Made by a program: the position numbers and the translations under genes | The notes under the pieces: model-generated | Told to the model about the DNA's origin: nothing | The model's database searches: none | Seen by the model: only the letters and a program-made list of their open reading frames with translations | DNA from: Bacteroidia bacterium | GTDB taxonomy: Bacteria; Bacteroidota; Bacteroidia; Bacteroidales; VadinHA17 | Assembly: GCA_026391555.1 (NCBI GenBank) | Contig: JAPLEB010000057.1 | Coordinates: 17,934 to 81,933, forward strand | Length of the DNA stretch: 64,000 nucleotides | Direction of reading: 5' to 3' | Shown here: one piece after another, positions 47,031-56,798 of the stretch | Position numbering within the stretch: position 1 is the first letter of the stretch | Layout of the letters: each line of letters opens with the position of its first letter

Positions 47031-48767
47031 TTAATTAAGGTTAAGCCATGCTTTCACATCGTTCTGAGTGGGATTTTTCAGCCCGAGTTTGTTCTTTTTG
47101 TTATATCCGCAAATATCCTGATGGAGTTTTGTATGTTTTTCAACTTCCTTAAGTTTTGTGACAGTTGTAAAACCCAGATTTTTTAATGGTTCAATCCATT
47201 CTTCAGGTACTCCGATTTCCAGATAATCTTCCTTTTTACTTTCGACTTTTGCTTTTTGACTTTCCGGTTTCATCTGTGGGAATAAAAGTACATCCTGAAT
47301 AGATGGCTGATTGGTGAGAATCATCGTCAGTCTGTCAATACCGATCCCCATGCCTGATGTAGGAGGCATGCCATATTCGAGGGCCCTTACAAAATCGAGA
47401 TCGATGAACATAGCCTCATCATCCCCCTTCTCTGATAGCCTGAGCTGATCCTGAAACCTTTCCATCTGGTCGATCGGATCATTCAATTCAGAATAAGCAT
47501 TAGCTATCTCCCTGCCATTTATCATCAGCTCAAACCTTTCTGTGACGCCGGGCTTGCTCCGGTGCATCTTCGTAAGAGGGGATGTTTCTGTGGGGTAATC
47601 AATTATGAAGGTGGGCTGGATATAATTATGTTCACATTTTTCTCCAAAAAGCTGATCTATCAGTTTACCTTTTCCCATCTCAGGTGCATGAGGCACCGAG
47701 AGCCTGTCGCAGACTTTTCTCAGGTCATCTTCATCCAAATCAGAAATATCAACGCCGGTATTTTCTTTTATTGCATCAGTCATGCTGATCCTTTTGAAAG
47801 GGGGATTAAGATTGATGACCTTATCACCATAAGTAATTTCAGTCTTACCATGCAGGTCGAGTGCAGTTTTTTTAACAATCTCTTCGGTAAAGCTCATCAT
47901 CCAGTTATAATCCTTGTAAGCTATGTAAATCTCCAAAACCGTAAATTCGGGATTATGGTTGCGGTCCATTCCTTCGTTGCGGAAATCCTTCGCGAATTCA
48001 TATACACCTTCAAAGCCTCCAACGATGAGTCGCTTCAGGTAAAGCTCATTTGCAACCCTCAGATAAAGAGGCATATCGAGTGTGTTATGATGAGTAATAA
48101 ACGGCCGGGCAGCTGCTCCTCCCGGTATAGGTTGAAGAATAGGTGTCTCAACTTCAAGATAGCCCCTTGAATTAAAAAGTTCGCGCATCGACTGGATTAT
48201 CTGTGTCCTTTTTCTGAACACATCGCGTACATGTGGATTAACTATAAGATCGACATAACGCTGGCGATAGCGCATCTCAGGATCTGTAACCGCATCATAC
48301 AAGATGCCGTCTTTTTCTTTCACAACAGGAAGCGGACGGACTGACTTACTCAGAACAGTAAACTCATCAACATGAACAGTTGTCTCGCCCATCTGTGTTT
48401 TAAAAACATGTCCTTTTACTCCTAAAATATCACCGATGTCGAGAAGCCGTTTAAACACAGTGTTATACATCGTTTTATCCTCGCCTGGGCAAACATCATC
48501 GCGACGGGCATAGATCTGTATTCTGCCTGATGAGTCCATTAATTCTGCAAATGAGGCATTTCCCATTATGCGTCTGCTCATTATGCGACCTGCCAGGCAA
48601 ACATCCTGGAAATTATTTTTTTCAGGAGCGTAATTATCGAGTATATCCTGTGCAAAAGCGTTAGTTTTATATTCAGCAGCAGGGTAGGGATTTATACCAA
48701 GTTTTCTTAATTCATCGAGAGATTCCCTTCTTATCTGCTCCTGTTCACTTAAATTCATGTTGCTCAT
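47031..48767 (-). CDS. lysS: Lysine--tRNA ligase (class II) with Bacteroidota-type C-terminal extension
   Basis: An OB-fold N-domain and class II motifs (..FRNEG.., GGFEGVYEF, GMGIGIDRL). 578 aa. Confidence 0.95.
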   Translation of the reverse strand: MSNMNLSEQEQIRRESLDELRKLGINPYPAAEYKTNAFAQDILDNYAPEKNNFQDVCLAGRIMSRRIMGNASFAELMDSSGRIQIYARRDDVCPGEDKTMYNTVFKRLLDIGDILGVKGHVFKTQMGETTVHVDEFTVLSKSVRPLPVVKEKDGILYDAVTDPEMRYRQRYVDLIVNPHVRDVFRKRTQIIQSMRELFNSRGYLEVETPILQPIPGGAAARPFITHHNTLDMPLYLRVANELYLKRLIVGGFEGVYEFAKDFRNEGMDRNHNPEFTVLEIYIAYKDYNWMMSFTEEIVKKTALDLHGKTEITYGDKVINLNPPFKRISMTDAIKENTGVDISDLDEDDLRKVCDRLSVPHAPEMGKGKLIDQLFGEKCEHNYIQPTFIIDYPTETSPLTKMHRSKPGVTERFELMINGREIANAYSELNDPIDQMERFQDQLRLSEKGDDEAMFIDLDFVRALEYGMPPTSGMGIGIDRLTMILTNQPSIQDVLLFPQMKPESQKAKVESKKEDYLEIGVPEEWIEPLKNLGFTTVTKLKEVEKHTKLHQDICGYNKKNKLGLKNPTQNDVKAWLNLN

Positions 48768-48785
48768 GTGATATTAAAATTTGTG

Positions 48786-48793
48786 CAAATATA
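48786..48793 (-). promoter_or_regulatory. Candidate -7 box for lysS
   Basis: The plus strand reads CAAATATA, which is TATATTTG on the minus strand, 18 nt upstream of the ATG. Confidence 0.3.
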
Positions 48794-48834
48794 GAAAAAT
48801 TCAGACTTTTGCGAATGAAGGATTATTAGCCTTA

Positions 48835-50253
48835 TCACTTCACCCCGGGCTCAATTATTTCTGTTTTGTAATTAATTTCTGAGCGTGCATCTTCTGGCGA
48901 TGAGGCATTGCCGCAGGCTGCCTGGACGAATAATGAAGCGCCGAGGACAGTTGTTTCTTTATGATCAATGATCTTAAGAGGAACTCCGGTACAGTCAGCT
49001 CTTAATCGGTTCCACAACCTGTTTTTTGACCCCCCTCCTACACAAAGGATACTTTCGGTTTTAAATCCGCCGGCATTTTCGAGCGCTCTCTTCCCCTCCA
49101 GAAGTCTTTCAGAAAGCGCTTCAAGCATTGCCCGGTATATTTCATCGCGGGTCGATTCCATCGTCAGACCGAGTATCTGACCTCCTGGTTTGCCCTTAAG
49201 TTCTTCATAGAATTTTGGAATGATTTTCACTCCATTGCAACCCGATGGTACTTTTTCTGCTCCTGAAATCATAACTTCATAAACATCATCTTTAATATCG
49301 CTATATAGATTCCTCCGGACCCATTCAAGCATTCCGGAGGCAATCCACTGGTTACCAATGTTATATAATCCGGGTCTCGAATCCAGCTCGGTTGTGATAC
49401 CCATATTGAGCTGCTCTTTGCCTGACCCGAAACCTTCTGCCCTGACCATCAGTATCTCCCAGGTTCCTGAACTGAGTACTGGTTGATTTTTTTCAGCACC
49501 TGATCCGAAAATTGCAAATTGTGTATCGTGACCGGTTGCAATAACCGGAATCCCCACAGGAATAGCGGTTTCTGCAGAGGCCTTTGAATTAATCTTACCG
49601 GTTATCGTTCCGGCTTCAACGGGTGTTCCAAGTTTTTCAAAGGGGAAGGCGATTTTATTGATAATATTTTTTGAAAACCCCCTTGTAGAAAGGTTTGTTA
49701 ACATCGATGTTCCCGACATGGTTGTATCATTTACCATCTCCCCGGTAAGAAGAAATGAGAATATCGAAGGCATGAAAAGGAACCTGTAGCCTTTTTCGAC
49801 TATTTCCGGCTTTTGTTCGACAAACCAGATTAGTTTATTAATTGTATTGAAAGTGAAAGGGAGAACACCACATTCGCTGTATAAATCGTTGAGGGGTAGG
49901 TATTTATCGATATTGGTCATTATAGGATTTGTCCTTTCGCATTGCCATGATATGACCGGGTAAAGCATTTTCCCTGACTGGTCGAACAGGGTTCCATCAA
50001 CCCCGAAAGTTGTAATTGTAACACCTGCAATTCTGTCTACACTGATCTGGCTGATAACTTTTTGTGATGCCCGGCACATTTTAGCCCATATCTCATTTAC
50101 ATCCCATATCCTGTAAGCAGGGTAGAATGGATCCGGTCGTGTATTATTGGGGAAGGATTCAGATGCGAGTATTTCGCCTTTGCTGTTAATTGCTATGGCT
50201 CTGACATTTGTTGCACCACAGTCGAAAACGATTACAATATCATTTTTTTGCAT
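48835..50253 (-). CDS. fucK: FGGY-family carbohydrate kinase, closest in my memory to L-fuculokinase
   Basis: 472 aa. DCGATNVRAIA, TTFGVDG and TGHDTQFAIFGSGAEKNQPVLSSGTWEILMVR closely parallel E. coli FucK. Confidence 0.65.
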   Translation of the reverse strand: MQKNDIVIVFDCGATNVRAIAINSKGEILASESFPNNTRPDPFYPAYRIWDVNEIWAKMCRASQKVISQISVDRIAGVTITTFGVDGTLFDQSGKMLYPVISWQCERTNPIMTNIDKYLPLNDLYSECGVLPFTFNTINKLIWFVEQKPEIVEKGYRFLFMPSIFSFLLTGEMVNDTTMSGTSMLTNLSTRGFSKNIINKIAFPFEKLGTPVEAGTITGKINSKASAETAIPVGIPVIATGHDTQFAIFGSGAEKNQPVLSSGTWEILMVRAEGFGSGKEQLNMGITTELDSRPGLYNIGNQWIASGMLEWVRRNLYSDIKDDVYEVMISGAEKVPSGCNGVKIIPKFYEELKGKPGGQILGLTMESTRDEIYRAMLEALSERLLEGKRALENAGGFKTESILCVGGGSKNRLWNRLRADCTGVPLKIIDHKETTVLGASLFVQAACGNASSPEDARSEINYKTEIIEPGVK

Positions 50254-50286
50254 AATTTTATAAATTGTTAATTACCAAGTCGGGAG

Positions 50287-50294
50287 CAAATATA
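50287..50294 (-). promoter_or_regulatory. Candidate -7 box for the fucK-like gene
   Basis: The plus strand reads CAAATATA, 33 nt upstream of the ATG at 50253. Confidence 0.25.
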
Positions 50295-50318
50295 ATAAAT
50301 TGGATTATTAATTGTTTA

Positions 50319-50326
50319 TAACTTTG
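50319..50326 (+). promoter_or_regulatory. Candidate -7 box (TAACTTTG) for lipA
   Basis: Exact TAnnTTTG match 27 nt upstream of the ATG at 50354. Confidence 0.3.
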
Positions 50327-50353
50327 CCTGTTCAAATTCAAAGAGAATCCTGA

Positions 50354-51208
50354 ATGCAAAAGAGCAGACGATTACCCGCCTGGTTGAAGATGCAGAGGGC
50401 CAGCGGAGAAAATTATTCGATGGTGAAGCATGTGGTTGTTGAGAATCACCTTCATACAATATGCACCAGCGGAAATTGCCCGAATATTGGTGAATGTTGG
50501 AATTCGGGCACTGCCACCTTTATGATAATGGGTGATATATGTACCAGGGCATGTAAATTCTGTGCCACAAAAACAGGGAAACCACTTCCTCCTGATCCTC
50601 AGGAACCATACAGGCTGGCTGAATCAATAAAAAAAATGCGGCTTAAGCATTGTGTTATCACTTCTGTCGACCGCGACGATCTACCCGATGGAGGAGCCTC
50701 TTTCTGGGCGGATACAATAGAGTGTGTAAAAAAGGCGAACCCTGATACAACAATGGAGACCTTAATTCCCGATTTTGACGGGAAGGGTGAAAGTATTCAA
50801 AAGATAATTGATGCCGGACCAGATGTGATATCTCATAACATCGAGACCGTAAAACGTCTCACACCAGTAATCCGTACAAAGGCAAAATATGAAAGAAGCC
50901 TCGAGGTAATAAAATATATCTCAAAAAAAGGAAAAATAGCCAAATCGGGTCTAATGCTTGGGCTGGGTGAAAGTGAGGATGAAATAATTCAAACTATTCA
51001 TGATCTTTATGCTGCGGGGTGCAAAATACTTACTATTGGTCAATATCTTCAACCCGGATCAGGTTACATGGAAGTAGTGGAATATATTTCCCCGGGAAAG
51101 TTTGAAGAGTACAGGGTTAAGTCACTGGAAATAGGTTTTTCTTTCGTAGAAAGCAGTCCATTGGTGCGGTCATCTTTTCATGCAGAAAATCATGTAAAGG
51201 CTCGATAA
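50354..51208 (+). CDS. lipA: Lipoyl synthase
   Basis: Radical-SAM CTRACKFC plus the auxiliary cluster CTSGNCPNIGEC. 284 aa. Confidence 0.95.
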   Translation: MQKSRRLPAWLKMQRASGENYSMVKHVVVENHLHTICTSGNCPNIGECWNSGTATFMIMGDICTRACKFCATKTGKPLPPDPQEPYRLAESIKKMRLKHCVITSVDRDDLPDGGASFWADTIECVKKANPDTTMETLIPDFDGKGESIQKIIDAGPDVISHNIETVKRLTPVIRTKAKYERSLEVIKYISKKGKIAKSGLMLGLGESEDEIIQTIHDLYAAGCKILTIGQYLQPGSGYMEVVEYISPGKFEEYRVKSLEIGFSFVESSPLVRSSFHAENHVKAR

Positions 51209-51247
51209 AATACATTATATTAGCATCACTTAATCAGAAATCTTCAG

Positions 51248-51958
51248 TTGAGCTATAGCGTTATATATAAGGATATTGGACAAAAGGGTTATAAAGAGAC
51301 CTGGGACTATCAGGCAGATATCTTTAAAAGACTTGTTGACAATAAAAAGGCAGGAATGGGAGTTACCGACACCGGTAGAAATGTTCTTCCCGGGACTCTG
51401 ATCTTTGTTGAGCATGCTCATGTTTACACTCTTGGTAAAAGCGGGTCGGAAAATAATCTTCTTCTTGATCATATACAACTTCAGGCAAAGGATGCTGCTT
51501 TCTACAGGATCGACAGGGGAGGAGATATAACCTATCATGGTCCCGGACAAATTGTAGGCTACCCGATTTTTGATCTGGATGTCATTAAAATAGGCTTGAA
51601 GGAGTACATTTACAGACTCGAAGATGCTATTATCAGAACTGTAGGTGAATTTGGTCTTAATGCTTCAAGATTTGAGGGAGGAACCGGCGTGTGGCTCGAT
51701 CCGGAAATCAATGGAAAAGCAAGGAAGATTTGTGCCATCGGTGTAAAGGCCAGCAGGTACGTAACAATGCATGGTTTTGCTTTCAATGTTAATACCGACC
51801 TGGCCTACTTTAATAATATAAACCCATGCGGCTTTACCGACAAAGGGGTTACTTCACTTGAAAAGGAGCTGGGCAGCAGGCAGGATTTTGATTTTGTAAA
51901 AAACAAAGTGAAAAAGAACCTGCAGGATGTTTTTGATTTGGAATGGACTAATCAGTAA
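51248..51958 (+). CDS. lipB: Octanoyltransferase (lipoate-protein ligase B)
   Basis: RGGDITYHGPGQ and the KICAIGV catalytic region. TTG start, located downstream of lipA. Confidence 0.88.
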   Translation: MSYSVIYKDIGQKGYKETWDYQADIFKRLVDNKKAGMGVTDTGRNVLPGTLIFVEHAHVYTLGKSGSENNLLLDHIQLQAKDAAFYRIDRGGDITYHGPGQIVGYPIFDLDVIKIGLKEYIYRLEDAIIRTVGEFGLNASRFEGGTGVWLDPEINGKARKICAIGVKASRYVTMHGFAFNVNTDLAYFNNINPCGFTDKGVTSLEKELGSRQDFDFVKNKVKKNLQDVFDLEWTNQ

Positions 51959-51962
51959 AGAG

Positions 51963-53681
51963 ATGAAAAAAAGATGGGTTGTGAAGGATAAAGGAGATAC
52001 GGCAGTTGTTAAACAACTTGCAGGAGCTCTTTGTGTGTCGGAATCACTGGCTAATCTGATGGTACAGCGAAATATTAACTCAGCTTATGAAGCACAGGCT
52101 TTTTTTAATCCCAGCCTCGATTACCTTCATGATCCATTTCTCATGAAGGATATGAATATAGCTGTAGACAGGATATCAACCGCAGTAAAGAAAAACGAAA
52201 GGATTCTTGTTTATGGTGATTATGATGTAGATGGTACCACGGCCGTGGCCCTGATGTATTCATTTCTCAAAGATCAGTATTCAAATGTTGAATTTTACAT
52301 ACCCGACAGGTATAAAGAGGGCTACGGAGTTTCATTCCAGGGTTTGGATAATGCATATCAGAATAACTGTAAGGTTGTGATCACACTCGACTGTGGTATT
52401 AAGGCAGTTGAAAAAGTCAAATATGCACGTTCAAAAGGGCTGGATGTAATAATTTGCGATCACCATTACCCGGGTGATGAGATACCCAAAGCACTTGCTG
52501 TCCTTGATCCCAAGCAACCATCCTGCAATTACCCATACAAAGAACTATCCGGATGCGGAGTAGGTTTCAAGCTAATTCATGCCTATTCAAGGGTGCACGG
52601 CATTCCTTTCAGTGCAATATACCATTATCTTGATCTTGTTGCTGTCAGTATTGCTTCGGATATTGTCCCTATTACCGGAGAAAACAGGGTAATGGCCTAT
52701 TTCGGCCTGAAGCAGCTTAATGAATCTCCACGTACCGGTCTGAAGGAGCTAATCCGTGAATCGGAAGTTACTAAAGCTCTTACAATCGAGGATGTCGTTT
52801 TCAAGATAGGTCCGAGAATCAATGCTGCCGGTAGAATGGAGACAGGCAGCAAGGCTGTTGATCTGCTTGTTTCCAGCGATACTCTTCTTGCCACAGGGAT
52901 AAGTAAGGAGATCAATAATTTCAATATTGAAAGGCGAAGTGTTGATCGCGTTATCACGACAGAAGCAATGCGGATGATTTCTGAAGATCAGAGAACTGTA
53001 AACTCCAAAACCACAGTGCTATATAATCCCACATGGAAAAAGGGGGTGATTGGAATTGTTGCCTCCAGACTTATTGAAACATATTACCGTCCGACGGTCA
53101 TTCTTACCGAATCTAATGGTTTTGCCACAGGCTCGGCACGATCTGTCCAGGGTTATGATCTTTACCAGGCAATAGAGGCATGCAGCGATCTTCTCGAAAG
53201 TTTCGGAGGGCATATGTTTGCAGCAGGATTAACACTAAAAAAGGAGAATATCCAGCCATTCATGGAGAGATTTGAACAGTATGTTAACAGCACAATCACT
53301 GAAGAACAACTCGTTCCACGCATGTTTATTGATACTGAGCTCTCATTTTCAGAGATAAATGAAGATTTTTTCAAAACGATGAGCCAGTTTCAGCCATTTG
53401 GACCAGGAAACATGTCACCCATATTCGTTTCGCGAAACGTTTTTGATACCGGATCGGGACGTATGGTCGGCTCAATCGGTGAACATCTTAAACTGGATCT
53501 TTGCCAGGAGTCAACGGGCCAAAAAAGCTTCTCTGCCATAGCATTCAGCCAGGCAAACCATTTTGAATATATTAAGGGTGGAAATCCTTTCGATATCTGT
53601 TATTCTTTGGAAATGAACGAGTTCAGGGGGAATAAAAATCTCCAGCTCAATATCAGGGATATAAAAACACCGGGTTCATGA
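51963..53681 (+). CDS. recJ: Single-stranded-DNA-specific exonuclease RecJ
   Basis: DHH motifs (YGDYDVDGTT, LDCGI, ICDHH) and DHHA1 (GGHMFAAG). The ATG at 51963 is preferred over the ORF-track start at 51927. Confidence 0.9.
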   Translation: MKKRWVVKDKGDTAVVKQLAGALCVSESLANLMVQRNINSAYEAQAFFNPSLDYLHDPFLMKDMNIAVDRISTAVKKNERILVYGDYDVDGTTAVALMYSFLKDQYSNVEFYIPDRYKEGYGVSFQGLDNAYQNNCKVVITLDCGIKAVEKVKYARSKGLDVIICDHHYPGDEIPKALAVLDPKQPSCNYPYKELSGCGVGFKLIHAYSRVHGIPFSAIYHYLDLVAVSIASDIVPITGENRVMAYFGLKQLNESPRTGLKELIRESEVTKALTIEDVVFKIGPRINAAGRMETGSKAVDLLVSSDTLLATGISKEINNFNIERRSVDRVITTEAMRMISEDQRTVNSKTTVLYNPTWKKGVIGIVASRLIETYYRPTVILTESNGFATGSARSVQGYDLYQAIEACSDLLESFGGHMFAAGLTLKKENIQPFMERFEQYVNSTITEEQLVPRMFIDTELSFSEINEDFFKTMSQFQPFGPGNMSPIFVSRNVFDTGSGRMVGSIGEHLKLDLCQESTGQKSFSAIAFSQANHFEYIKGGNPFDICYSLEMNEFRGNKNLQLNIRDIKTPGS

Positions 53682-53695
53682 GGGTAAAGAGTGAT

Positions 53696-55714
53696 TTAAA
53701 ACATTACCTTGAACTGGATTTTTAATTCTTTATTATTTTTAGTACTCATTCCACTTTCATCCAACGATGTAAGACCGTATTTGGCTCTCAATTCCATAAT
53801 ATCGCTGATTTCCCATTTTACCATAATATAACTCCGGCTCCCTTCTCCCGACAGCGCAGGAATACTGAAACTATATAACAGGTCATTTTCATACGAATAA
53901 ATCCTTGAATCCCAGTCATCGGTATTATACAAACAATACCTGAGCCATAATGTGACCGGGAGTTGAGTGAATCTGTAGTTAATATCCTGTAATAAAAGCA
54001 TTCCCCTGCTTCCTGATGGATCAACTATCTTATAATCGATTCGTGTTCCCAGAGTCAGATTATCGTAAAGAGAATATCGTACAGAACCCTTTAAACTTTT
54101 AGTGATAATCTCCTTCTGTTCGGGTATTCCGTTGGTTTCAGGATTATCGGCCATCGAAAGCCTGTAATTATATGAACCTTCAATTGCAAGTTTTTCTGTC
54201 GGCAGAAATCTGACTCTAATTTCCTGCCTCATTCCCCATGAGGGAGCACTGCAACGGTATTTCAACCATGGGGAATGTTGAATATCACAACCGCCGCTTA
54301 TAAAGAGGTGCTTTGCTGCTTCAAAGGTGAAATTCCCGAGAATCCCCTGTTCATTACCGGTTGCTGAACCGCTTCCCGGTCCTTTACCATGAAAACTGAC
54401 ATAGCCGGCATTATAGTTCCTGATTAAGAAATTAATAGTTAACCGGTCAGATGGTCTGAATGACAACCCTTGTACGAATGCATGCTTTTTATACTCATTA
54501 GTAGAAAATTCGCCATAAAGCAAAATTCTTTTAATGAGGCTGTTATAATAGATAGTGTAAAGATTGTTTCTATCTCCTTCAAAATCAAAAATGTTTTCAG
54601 GATCATTGCCTGTTGGGTATACAGGAAGTGAGAACCTGTCTTCTGACCAGGCCAGGCCAATCCTTACATTATTAAAATTGTATGAAAGATTTACTCCATA
54701 GGCTTGCTCAGAAATTGCATCTTTTTTAAGCAAAAGTGAAGATGTATTATGTGTCCCTGCCAAATAGAAATTTTCAATATAGTCTTTTGAAGTACCTGCT
54801 GATGAGCCAAGGGTGGCATCTGAATAATTTTTCGAATAATAGAGAACCAAACCAAGATTTTTAACAGAAAATTCAGCGGCCACTCCTCTGAAAAAATTGT
54901 TTTCATCGGTTGATGTATAAGGTCTTATCTCATCACTGGCCGACATATAACCCGGTGCGGTAAGGGAAAGACCTGTACGGATACCGGTATTTATATTTGT
55001 ACCCTGACCAAAACGTGCTGAATAATCGCCCACTATGAGCCTTCGAATCAGACCACTCCCGTTGTAGGTAAGGTTGGCTGACATAAAATCAGGCAGTGAA
55101 GTGTTGCCGCTGAAAAACTTCTCTCAGGGATCTTTTTCAACAGTAAATCCTCCGGAAAAACCGCCTGCTGTAAACTTGTATTTTGTGAGCATTTTCCAGG
55201 GGGAACCTAAGGATGATGTATCGTTATTCCCCGGTTTGATAGAAAGATTTGTTATTGATGTGTTCCTCCATCTTACTGGATATGAATTCATGTTAACTTT
55301 ATTATCAAGGGTAATGAATGGGATTATCATCTCTACTGTTTCTTTATCAAACCCGGGGATGTTTACTAATTCATATACGGAGATGACCCTTCCTGATGAA
55401 TGGGCATAATCTGCCAATGCTTTTACCTGGAAATCAGATAGAAAGAATAGTTTTGAAATCTCATCTTCACGAGATGAATTAAGCTTTATCGGATTCTCTG
55501 CAAGTTCATAAAGCCTGTCAATATAAGAGGCAGCTGCCTCAGGGTCAGAGTCATCAGCTGCCAGCTCCTCGGCTACTGTAATGATAATTTCCGATAATTT
55601 TTCTGACTGACCGTATACAATAGCAGGAGTTATCGCGAGTAACACTATTAACACATTAACCGCAGATGGCGCAAAGCTCTCAAAGGATACTCTATATGGT
55701 TTTTGACTCTTCAT
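53696..55714 (-). pseudogene. HhH-domain + outer-membrane beta-barrel gene interrupted by one in-frame TGA (55124-55126)
   Basis: ORFs 55124..55759 and 53696..55084 are in the same frame. The only stop between them is the TGA, and the 13 codons after it (EKFFSGNTSLPDF) are open. The upstream part has a signal peptide and a ComEA-like HhH (VYELVNIPGFDKETVEMI). The downstream part is beta-barrel-like and ends in F. Confidence 0.55.
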
Positions 55715-55745
55715 CCCGATAAAGGATTTCTTTTTATCTTTGCGG

Positions 55746-56573
55746 TTAATGTATTTCAAATACTATTGATACAGAGGAAGTTACTCCCAGTTTTTCGTGA
55801 GTTGTAAAACCAAAATCAATCTGCGCAATTTTTGCAAGGTATCCCGACCCGAAACTGAATGAGTTGTTATTTGTACTGAATCCGCCCCTTAGCCAAAGTT
55901 TTTTTGCTGCTTCGTATTCAAAGCCTGTTCTGAATATCAATTTACTCCCCGAACTCATTTCAGTTTCAACGCCTGCAAAAAGTACCTTACTAAGGTATGT
56001 TTCGGCTCCAATCCTGAGTGTTGTTGGCAGGTACGTCTTTCTAATTGAATTGGGTACAGGATTGAACAGATGAATCCCGATCCCGATATTTTCAGAAGGT
56101 GTAATAAGCAGGCCAGTTTCACATGTAATAGATTGATTATTAATATACTCTCTTGATGTTCTTTCTGAAAAATAATCGATTTGTACTCCGGCGGATATCT
56201 TATCTGAAAGTTTCATACCGCAAGCCAACCCTGTCATTTCCCGTTTAAAATCTGTATACCCGAAATGAGTATATACAGCCCCTAATGAAGCTTTTCCGGC
56301 AGGTATTGTCATACCAACAGATCGGGTTCCCAGTTCCTTGATACTGAACCTGTTTTCGTAGTTGAATCCGAATGAAGATGAATTATTAAAAGCTAGTGAT
56401 GCCTGGTTATGGAACGAAGACCAGAATCCGTTCTTCATAATGCAAACATATCCCATTCCTGCTTCACCGGCTCCTGCGGAAGGGCGATATGGATCGCCAC
56501 CGGAAGCGGTTAAAGAGAAAAATGAAATAAATACAGAAACAGATATTTTCAGCAGCGAGCTCAACTGTTTCAA
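55746..56573 (-). CDS. Outer-membrane beta-barrel protein (PorV/PorQ-like; family tentative)
   Basis: A signal peptide and alternating beta-strand pattern, with ..AGEAGMGYVCI..FHNQASLA resembling PorV/PorQ-type N-termini. 275 aa. Confidence 0.4.
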   Translation of the reverse strand: MKQLSSLLKISVSVFISFFSLTASGGDPYRPSAGAGEAGMGYVCIMKNGFWSSFHNQASLAFNNSSSFGFNYENRFSIKELGTRSVGMTIPAGKASLGAVYTHFGYTDFKREMTGLACGMKLSDKISAGVQIDYFSERTSREYINNQSITCETGLLITPSENIGIGIHLFNPVPNSIRKTYLPTTLRIGAETYLSKVLFAGVETEMSSGSKLIFRTGFEYEAAKKLWLRGGFSTNNNSFSFGSGYLAKIAQIDFGFTTHEKLGVTSSVSIVFEIH

Positions 56574-56726
56574 AATAAAACTCCAAGGTACAAAAAAAAA
56601 TAACCCGGATAACAGGATTGGATTAATTTATTTTACCTCTGTGACCCTGATATAACAAAACAACTGCTTGAATTGGTTAAAAATAGTTTTTAGAGGCGCT
56701 CTATTGTTATTAGAAAGTTTTAACAA

Positions 56727-56734
56727 TATATTTG
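56727..56734 (+). promoter_or_regulatory. Candidate -7 box (TATATTTG) for the sulfatase gene
   Basis: Exact TAnnTTTG match. An ATTG lies 20 nt upstream as a possible -33 element. The ATG is 64 nt downstream. Confidence 0.3.
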
Positions 56735-56798
56735 TTTCAAGAATAATATAAAGGTAATTTCTAAAGATTCCCGTGAAGATTATAAGGTTATATAGATT

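Noticed and set aside
55124-55126. In-frame TGA read as selenocysteine or as a sense codon under an alternative genetic code (UGA=Gly/Trp).
   Set aside because: TGA clearly acts as a stop elsewhere in the window: mreC ends at 35882-35884 and mrdA at 38199-38201, both with correct protein lengths and overlapping downstream starts. There is no Cys/Sec-type context and no evident SECIS-like hairpin. A nonsense mutation or a sequencing error is more likely.
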